Shown here: piece by piece, positions 58,080 through 64,000 of the stretch | How the letters are laid out: every line of letters begins with the position of its first letter | How positions within the stretch are numbered: the stretch's first letter is position 1 | From: an uncultured Actinomycetota bacterium | GTDB lineage: Bacteria; Actinomycetota; Actinomycetes; Mycobacteriales; Mycobacteriaceae | Direction of reading: 5' to 3' | Assembly (NCBI GenBank): GCA_963794245.1 | Contig: CAWCDD010000005.1 | Span: 498,059-562,058, forward strand | DNA length: 64,000 nt | The notes under the pieces: model-generated | Told to the model about the DNA's origin: nothing | What the model saw: only the letters and a program-made list of their open reading frames with translations | Database searches by the model: none | Program-made: the position numbers and the translations under genes

Positions 58080-61000
58080 TGGCTACCGAGACCTCGCGCG
58101 ACTTGGCCGAAGAACTACCATCTACGTCCGTGAAGGGCGCGGGAGCAAGTCACCGGATCGCTCGCGTCGTGGCGGTCGTCGCCGGTCTGCTCGGAGCCCT
58201 GCTGGCCATCGCCACGCCCCTGCTGCCGGTCAACCAAACCACCGCCCAGCTCAACTGGCCACAGAACGGCAGCTTCGAAAGCGTCGAGGCGCCGCTGATC
58301 GGATATGTGGCCACCGAGCTGAACATCTCCATCCCCTGCCAGGCCGCTGCCGGGCTGACAGGGCCCCAGAACGCCGGCAGGACGGTGTTGTTGTCGACGG
58401 TGCCCAAGCAGGCTCCGAAAGCCGTCGACCGCGGGCTGCTGATCCTGCGCGCCAACGACGAGCTGGTGCTGGTCGTGCGCAATGTCCCGGTGGTCACCGC
58501 CCCGTTGAGCCAGGTGCTCAGCCCGGCCTGCCAGCGCCTGACCTTCACCGCGCACGCCGACCGGGTCACCGCCGAATTCGTCGGGCTGACCCAGGGGCCC
58601 AACTCCGAGCATCCCGGCTCGCCGCTGCGCGGGGAGAAGAGTGGCTACGACTTCCGGCCGCAGATCGTCGGGGTGTTCACCGACCTGGCCGGACCGACGC
58701 CGCCGGGTCTGAGCTTCTCGGCAACCGTCGACACCCGCTACAGCAGCAGCCCGACGCCGCTGAAGATGGCCGCGATGATCCTCGGCGTGGTGCTGACCGC
58801 CGTCGCACTGATCGCGCTGCACGTCCTCGACACCGCCGACGGCACCCGGCACCGCCGCTTCCTGCCGTCGCGGTGGTGGTCGATCGGCGCTCTCGACGCG
58901 CTCGTCATCGCCGTGCTGGTGTGGTGGCACTTCGTCGGGGCCAACACCTCCGACGACGGCTACATCCTGACCATGGCCCGGGTGTCCGAGCACGCCGGGT
59001 ACATGGCCAACTACTACCGCTGGCTGGGCACGCCGGAGGCGCCCTTCGGCTGGTACTACGACCTGTTGGCGCTGTGGGCGCACGTCAGCACCAACAGCGT
59101 CTGGATGCGGCTACCCACCCTGGCGATGGCGTTGACCTGCTGGTGGGCGATCAGCCGCGAGGTCATCCCCCGGCTGGGCCACGCCGTGAAGGCCAACCGT
59201 GCGGCGGCATGGACAGCGGCGGGACTATTCCTGGCGACCTGGTTGCCGCTGGACAACGGGCTGCGCCCCGAGCCGATCATCGCCCTCGGCATTCTGCTGA
59301 CCTGGTGTTCGGTGGAACGGGCGGTGGCCACCAATCGACTGCTGCCGGTGGCGCTCGCCTGCATCATCGGCGCGCTGACGCTGTTCTCCGGGCCGACCGG
59401 CATCGCGTCCATCGGCGCCCTGCTGGTCGCGATCGGGCCGCTGCGCACCATCGTGCACCGACGATCCAGACAGTTCGGCGTGCTGCCACTGCTGGCGCCG
59501 ATCGCCGCCGCGGCCACCGTCACCGTGATCCTGATCTTCCGCGACCAGACGCTGGCCGGCGAGATGCAGGCGACGGCGCTCAAGCGGGCGCTCGGACCCA
59601 GCCTGAGCTGGTTCGACGAACACCTCCGCTACGAGCGGCTGTTCATGGCCAGCCCCGACGGATCCGTCGCCCGGCGCTTCGCGGTGCTGGCGGTGCTGCT
59701 CGCGCTGGGCATCACGGTGGCAATGTCGTTGCGCAAGGGCCGAATTCCGGGCACCGCCGCCGGACCGAGCCGCCGCATCGTCGGCATCACGATCATCTCG
59801 TTCCTCGCGATGATGTTCACGCCGACCAAATGGACACACCACTTCGGCGTGTTCGCCGGTCTGGCGGGCTCGCTCGGTGCGCTGGCCGCGGTCGCGGTGA
59901 CGAGTGTGGCGATGCGCTCGCGCCGCAACCGCACCGTGTTCGCCGCGACGGTGCTGTTCCTGGTGGCATTGTCGTTCGCCAGCGTCAACGGTTGGTGGTA
60001 TGTCTCCAATTTCGGTGTGCCATGGTCGAATTCATTCCCGGCATGGCACTATGCGTTTGCCACCGCGCTGCTCGGCCTGACCGTGCTGGTACTACTGCTG
60101 TCGGCCTGGTTTCACTTCATGTCCCCCGACAACGGCCCTCCCAAGACCCGCGCCGGGGCGCGGATGGCCGGAATTATTCAGTCCCCGTTGGCAATTGCGG
60201 CGTGGCTGCTGGTCACGTTCGAAGTCGTCTCGCTGACGCTGGCGATGATCGGACAGTACCCCGCCTGGTCGGTGGGCCGGTCCAATCTGGAGGCCCTGGC
60301 CGGCAAGTCCTGTGGACTGGCCGAGGACGTCATGGTGGAGCAGGATCCCAACGCCGGCATGCTGTCGCCGGTGTCCGGCTCGGTGGGCGATGCACTGGGT
60401 GCCGGGCTGTCAGAAGCGTTCACGCCCAACGGTATTCCCGCCGATATCTCGGCTGACCCGGTGATGGAGCGTCCGGGCGACCGCAGCTTCATCAACGAAG
60501 ACGGAAAGACGACCACCAGCGAGGCCGGCACCGAGGGCGGTACCAGCGCCGCGCCGGGTGTCAACGGCTCACGCGCCCAGCTGCCTTACAACCTTGATCC
60601 CGCGCACACCCCGGTACTGGGGAGCTGGCGGTCCGGCATCCAGGTACCGGCGATGTTGCGCTCGGGTTGGTACCGATTGCCGCCGCGCGACAAGGCGAAG
60701 CCGCTGCTGGTGGTGTCGGCCGCCGGTCGATTCGATCCCCGTGAGGTGCAGCTGCAGTGGGCCACCGATGAGCAGGCGGCCAGCGGACACCCGGGCGGGT
60801 CGTTCCAATTCTTCGACGTCGGCGCGTCCCCGGCGTGGCGCAACTTGCGGCTGCCGTTGTCGCTGATTCCCGACACCGCCACCCAGGTCCGCTTGGTCGC
60901 CAACGATGAGGATCTGGCGCCGCAGCACTGGATCGCGGTGACGTCGCCGCGGATTCCCCAGCTGCACACGCTGCAGCAGGTGGTGGGTTCGGCGGCCCCG

Positions 61001-61345
61001 GTGTTCCTGGACTGGCTGGTGGGTCTGGCGTTCCCGTGCCAGCGACCATTCGGCCACCAAAACGGTGTGGACGAAACACCGAAATGGCGCATCCTGCCGG
61101 ACCGGTTCGGCGCCGAGGCCAACTCGCCGGTGATGGACAACAACGGCGGTGGGCCGCTTGGTGTCACCGAGTTGCTGGTGAAGGCGACCACGATGGCCAC
61201 CTATCTCAAGGACGACTGGTCGCGCGATTGGGGCTCGCTGCAACGCCTGACGCCGTACTACTCCAACGCCCAGCCCGCCCGTCTCCAGTTGGGGACGGCG
61301 ACGCGCAGCGGCCTATGGGACCCGGCTCCGCTTCGCCGGGGCTAG
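58079..61345 (+). CDS. embC: Arabinosyltransferase EmbC
   Basis: 1,088-aa intact ORF with N-terminus ...RIARVVAVVAGLLGALLAIATPLLPVNQTTAQLNWPQNG, the Emb family layout (13 or more TM segments plus a C-terminal CBM-like domain), and an ATGA overlap with aftA. Confidence 0.95.
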   Translation: MATETSRDLAEELPSTSVKGAGASHRIARVVAVVAGLLGALLAIATPLLPVNQTTAQLNWPQNGSFESVEAPLIGYVATELNISIPCQAAAGLTGPQNAGRTVLLSTVPKQAPKAVDRGLLILRANDELVLVVRNVPVVTAPLSQVLSPACQRLTFTAHADRVTAEFVGLTQGPNSEHPGSPLRGEKSGYDFRPQIVGVFTDLAGPTPPGLSFSATVDTRYSSSPTPLKMAAMILGVVLTAVALIALHVLDTADGTRHRRFLPSRWWSIGALDALVIAVLVWWHFVGANTSDDGYILTMARVSEHAGYMANYYRWLGTPEAPFGWYYDLLALWAHVSTNSVWMRLPTLAMALTCWWAISREVIPRLGHAVKANRAAAWTAAGLFLATWLPLDNGLRPEPIIALGILLTWCSVERAVATNRLLPVALACIIGALTLFSGPTGIASIGALLVAIGPLRTIVHRRSRQFGVLPLLAPIAAAATVTVILIFRDQTLAGEMQATALKRALGPSLSWFDEHLRYERLFMASPDGSVARRFAVLAVLLALGITVAMSLRKGRIPGTAAGPSRRIVGITIISFLAMMFTPTKWTHHFGVFAGLAGSLGALAAVAVTSVAMRSRRNRTVFAATVLFLVALSFASVNGWWYVSNFGVPWSNSFPAWHYAFATALLGLTVLVLLLSAWFHFMSPDNGPPKTRAGARMAGIIQSPLAIAAWLLVTFEVVSLTLAMIGQYPAWSVGRSNLEALAGKSCGLAEDVMVEQDPNAGMLSPVSGSVGDALGAGLSEAFTPNGIPADISADPVMERPGDRSFINEDGKTTTSEAGTEGGTSAAPGVNGSRAQLPYNLDPAHTPVLGSWRSGIQVPAMLRSGWYRLPPRDKAKPLLVVSAAGRFDPREVQLQWATDEQAASGHPGGSFQFFDVGASPAWRNLRLPLSLIPDTATQVRLVANDEDLAPQHWIAVTSPRIPQLHTLQQVVGSAAPVFLDWLVGLAFPCQRPFGHQNGVDETPKWRILPDRFGAEANSPVMDNNGGGPLGVTELLVKATTMATYLKDDWSRDWGSLQRLTPYYSNAQPARLQLGTATRSGLWDPAPLRRG

Positions 61346-61839
61346 CTACAGCCCCGGCAGGCAATTGACGAACGGGATGCACGGCGGCGACGGCGACCGC
61401 GGCGGGGGAGGCCGCGATGAGGTCCAGCCATCGATCACGGTGTTCCCGAACACATGAAAGGAAAGCCGCACCATGGCTTCTGCAACGCCTCCGGCGGCGG
61501 CGGACCAGATCCCTCCCAAATACCGGGGCCAGCGTTCCCATGCCCCCAGACGACGCCGTACCAGGTGTGGCACTGCGTCATGTCCCAAGAAACATTCGTC
61601 CCCGGACATCCGCGACCGGTCTGCGGGTGCAGCCCGGTTTTTTCATCCCCCGGGCAACACGTATACGGTCCGGATGCGCCGGGCGGTACCGGTCCGTCTT
61701 CTGGGACAAGGCCGTGTACAGACAGCGCAGAGCCGGACTGTGCCTGTGCGGTAGCGAGGGTGAGCCCCATGCCGCCGACCGCGACACCGGACAGCAGCAC
61801 CCCGGCAAAGATCTTCTTGGTGGTGTGAATGTGTGACAT
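61346..61839 (-). CDS. Secreted Cys-rich small protein (possible frame disruption near the 3' end)
   Basis: ATG at 61839 gives MSHIHTTKKIFAGVLLSGVAVGGMGLTLATAQA (signal peptide), then ...YTCCPGDEKTG...GCPGTNVSWDMTQCHTWYGVVWG...KPWCGFPFMCSGTP-stop at 61435. A high-GC3 continuation, TVIDGWTSSRPPPPRSPSPPCIPFVNCLPGL-stop (61346-61348), lies in another frame directly abutting the embC stop. Confidence 0.55.
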
Positions 61840-62000
61840 CGCCTCGCGCCTCTTCTCAGGATGCTGCCGACCAGTATTCACCTGGATGAACCCCGTCTTA
61901 TGGGATATCGGCTGCTCGAATCAGCAGAACAGCGGCGACTCGCTACCGATCCCAAACACTTGGCGGCGCCCGGGCGGTTCGGGGGCATTGCCGCGTGTGA

Positions 62001-62038
62001 TTGGTAAGCATAAACTTACGGTTCGTGGTGGCTTACCA
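62001..62038. promoter_or_regulatory. Perfect inverted repeat upstream of / overlapping the start of the ArsR-family gene
   Basis: TTGGTAAGC (62001-62009) ... GCTTACCAA (62030-62038), with a nested GTAAG/CTTAC. This is an AT-richer patch, followed by a GGAGGGG SD-like motif at 62042-62048. Confidence 0.45.
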
Positions 62039-62351
62039 ATCCGGAGGGGACGCGTGGCTGGCCCTGGCGGACCGCACGCGTCGGGCCATCATGGAGCGGC
62101 TTGCGCATGGTCCGGCGCCCGTGGGGGAACTGGCCCGGGATCTACCCGTCAGCAGGCCGGCCGTTTCACAGCACCTCAAGGTGCTCAAGGGCGCGGGGCT
62201 GGTACGCGACCACGCGGCGGGAACCCGGCGGGTCTATCAGCTCGACCCCACCGGCCTCGAGGCGCTGCGCGCCGAACTGGACCGGTTCTGGACGCAGGCC
62301 CTGGCCAACTACGCGGCCACGTTCAACGAGATCGAAGGAGATGCGTCATGA
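62001..62351 (+). CDS. ArsR/SmtB-family transcriptional regulator (no metal-site Cys)
   Basis: The HTH is LADRTRRAIMERLAHGPAPVGELARDLPVSRPAVSQHLKVLKGAGLV. The maximal ORF starts at TTG 62001 inside the palindrome, so the true start is probably GTG 62025/62028 or later. Its stop overlaps the next ATG (ATGA). Confidence 0.75.
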   Translation: MVSINLRFVVAYQSGGDAWLALADRTRRAIMERLAHGPAPVGELARDLPVSRPAVSQHLKVLKGAGLVRDHAAGTRRVYQLDPTGLEALRAELDRFWTQALANYAATFNEIEGDAS

Positions 62352-62836
62352 CGCAGCCGGGAATCCCGGAGATTCAGCACCAGGTGATCGTCAACGCCAC
62401 AATCGAGCGTGCGTTCGCCGTCTTCACCGAGCAGTTCGGCGACTTCAAGCCGCGCGAGCACAACCTGCTGGCGGTCCCGATCGCCGAGACGGTGTTCGAA
62501 ACGCATGCGGGAGGCCACATTTACGACCGCGGCACGGACGGCAGCGAGTGCCGATGGGCGCGAGTGCTGGTTTACGACCCGCCGCACCGGTTGGTGTTCA
62601 GCTGGGACATCAGCCCGGCTTGGCAGGTGGAACCCGACCCCTCGCGGACCAGCGAGGTCGAGGTGCGCTTCACCGCAGAGTCGGAAAATCGCACCCGCGT
62701 CGACCTGGAACACCGCCACCTGCAGCGGCACGGCGCGGGCTGGCAGTCGATTGCCGACGGCGTCGACGGCGACGCGGGCTGGCCGTTGTACCTGCATCGC
62801 TATGTCGGCCTGGTGACTGCCGGAGCGGGGCAATGA
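62348..62836 (+). CDS. SRPBCC (AHSA1/START-like) domain protein
   Basis: ATG at 62348 (MTQPGIPEIQHQVIVNATIERAFAVFTEQFG...) gives 162 aa. This is the typical partner of ArsR-type regulators. Confidence 0.7.
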   Translation: MTQPGIPEIQHQVIVNATIERAFAVFTEQFGDFKPREHNLLAVPIAETVFETHAGGHIYDRGTDGSECRWARVLVYDPPHRLVFSWDISPAWQVEPDPSRTSEVEVRFTAESENRTRVDLEHRHLQRHGAGWQSIADGVDGDAGWPLYLHRYVGLVTAGAGQ

Positions 62837-63459
62837 GCGCCGCTTCCATGATGAGCATGGCCCACGCCGAACGGGCCGACCTCGCGGATTTTCTGACCAC
62901 CCTGGCGCCGCAGGACTGGCAGATGCCCAGCCTGTGTTCCAAGTGGACCGTCAAAGATGTTGTCGCCCATGTGATCAGCTACGAAGAGCTCGGCACCCTG
63001 GGCCTGCTGAAGCGTTTCGCCAAAGGCTGGGTTGTCCGGGCGAACCAGGTGGGCGTCGACGAATTCGCGAAGCTCAGCCCACAACAGCTGTTGGCATTTC
63101 TACGCAACCACCTGCAACCGCGAGGATTGACCGCGGGTTTCGGCGGCATGATCGCCCTCGTCGACGGCACGATCCATCACCAGGACATCCGCCGCTCGCT
63201 GGGTCGGCCGCGCAGCGTTCCGGCCGACCGGCTAGAGCGGGTGCTCGGCGTGGTACCCGGTAACCCACGGCTGGGTGCCGGCCGCAGGATCAGGGGGCTG
63301 CAGCTGCGGGCCACCGACGTCGCCTGGGCGCATGGCCGCGGACCCGAGGTGACGGGCCCGGGCGAAGCGCTGCTGATGGCGATGTCGGGCCGCCGCGCGG
63401 CGCTGGCCGATCTCAGCGGCCCCGGCTGCGCCACTCTGGCTGCAAGGATGCCCGAATAG
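62833..63459 (+). CDS. DinB/maleylpyruvate-isomerase-family mycothiol-dependent enzyme-like protein
   Basis: ATG at 62833 (MSAASMMSMAHAERADLADFLTTLAPQDWQMPSLCSKWTVKDVVAHV...) gives 208 aa, with an ATGA overlap with the upstream gene. Confidence 0.7.
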   Translation: MSAASMMSMAHAERADLADFLTTLAPQDWQMPSLCSKWTVKDVVAHVISYEELGTLGLLKRFAKGWVVRANQVGVDEFAKLSPQQLLAFLRNHLQPRGLTAGFGGMIALVDGTIHHQDIRRSLGRPRSVPADRLERVLGVVPGNPRLGAGRRIRGLQLRATDVAWAHGRGPEVTGPGEALLMAMSGRRAALADLSGPGCATLAARMPE

Positions 63460-63540
63460 CACTCCTGGGCGCGCCAACGCGCCCCTTGTGCGGCCCCGCG
63501 TCCTCACCCGACAAGGGGCCGTCGCTTACCATCGGACCCC

Positions 63541-64000
63541 GTGCCCCAAGACGGTAAACAGCGATCGCAGCGGATCCTCCGCTTGGTCGCCGTCATCGCC
63601 GGGCTTGCGGGCCTGCTGTTGTGCCTCACCGTTCCGTTGCTCCCGGTCAAACAGACCACCGCAACCATCGCGTGGCCGCAGGGGGTCGTGGACGGGCATG
63701 TCACCCAGATCACCGCACCCCTGGTGTCCGGGGCGCCGCGGGCACTCGACATCTCCGTTCCCTGCCCCGCGATAGCCACCCTGCCGGCCAGCGGCGGGTT
63801 AGTGGTGTCGACCCTGCCGACCGGCGGCGTGGACTCGGGCAAGAACGGCCTGTTCGTCCGTGCCGACAAGGACGTGGTCGTCGTCGCGTTCCGGGACACG
63901 GTGGCCGCGGTGGCGAAGCGCTCGGCCATCGCCGCGGGTGCCTGCAGCGTGCTGCACGTCTGGGCCGACGCCGGCGCCGCGGGCGCCGATTTCGTCGGCA
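63541..64000 (+). CDS. embA: Arabinosyltransferase EmbA (5' part; continues beyond the window)
   Basis: Hand translation from GTG 63541: [48 protein letters not shown]...[30 protein letters not shown].... This closely parallels my memory of the Mtb EmbA N-terminus. Confidence 0.85.
   Translation, partial: MPQDGKQRSQRILRLVAVIAGLAGLLLCLTVPLLPVKQTTATIAWPQGVVDGHVTQITAPLVSGAPRALDISVPCPAIATLPASGGLVVSTLPTGGVDSGKNGLFVRADKDVVVVAFRDTVAAVAKRSAIAAGACSVLHVWADAGAAGADFVG

Noticed and set aside
1-64000. Search for integrase, transposase, phage, toxin-antitoxin, CRISPR-Cas or known defence-system genes
   Set aside because: None of the ORF translations shows the corresponding hallmarks: the tyrosine-recombinase R..HxxR..Y motif, the DDE motif, Cas domains, or a short paired TA arrangement. 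Within the limits of reading by eye, I cannot claim such a system here.

Overview
This is a high-GC chromosomal segment of a slow-growing Mycobacterium. No searches were possible, so product calls rest on motifs I recognise in the translations and on remembered synteny. From about 7 kb to the right edge, gene order follows my memory of M. tuberculosis H37Rv Rv3752c to Rv3794: tadA, tyrA, proXVWZ, fadE36-like, alkyl sulfatase, lpqH, tcrXY, hisC2, echA21, lipE, qor, Rv3779-like, bpa, rfbE-glfT1-rfbD, greA-like, gtrA, dprE1-dprE2-aftA-embC-embA. DprE1 carries Ala at the Cys387-equivalent position, as reported for M. avium, so a M. avium-complex relative is plausible but unproven.

Several accessory blocks sit on this backbone:
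- An arsenic island (pstS, arsR-arsC fusion, arsR, cadI/arsI, arsR, acr3, arsD, arsA) abuts the 3' end of tRNA-Ser(CGA).
- A block at 14.8-23 kb holds six consecutive genes (APH-family kinase, SDR, acyl-CoA dehydrogenase, TetR, quinone oxidoreductase, alkyl sulfatase). Each is broken by single-base frame disruptions, while large essential genes in the window are intact.
- A 2.7-kb integrase-less islet (DUF1611 protein plus PLP racemase) is bracketed by a 28-bp direct repeat of the tRNA-Arg(ACG) 3' end.
- An NfeD-like/anchorless flotillin pair lies next to an orphan 1,772-aa PPE protein. Its C-terminal roughly 1,350 aa is a Lys/Arg/Cys-free GGxLTV repeat domain encoded by near-identical 102/105-bp tandem units. 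This is my best candidate for something new.
- A 2.2-kb, four-gene insertion splits embC from embA.

The window also has four tRNAs (Ser-CGA, Arg-ACG, Ser-GCU, Ser-UGA), a recurring operator-like AT-rich motif in the ars island, and two REP-like nested palindromes. I saw no CRISPR array, rRNA, transposase or integrase.
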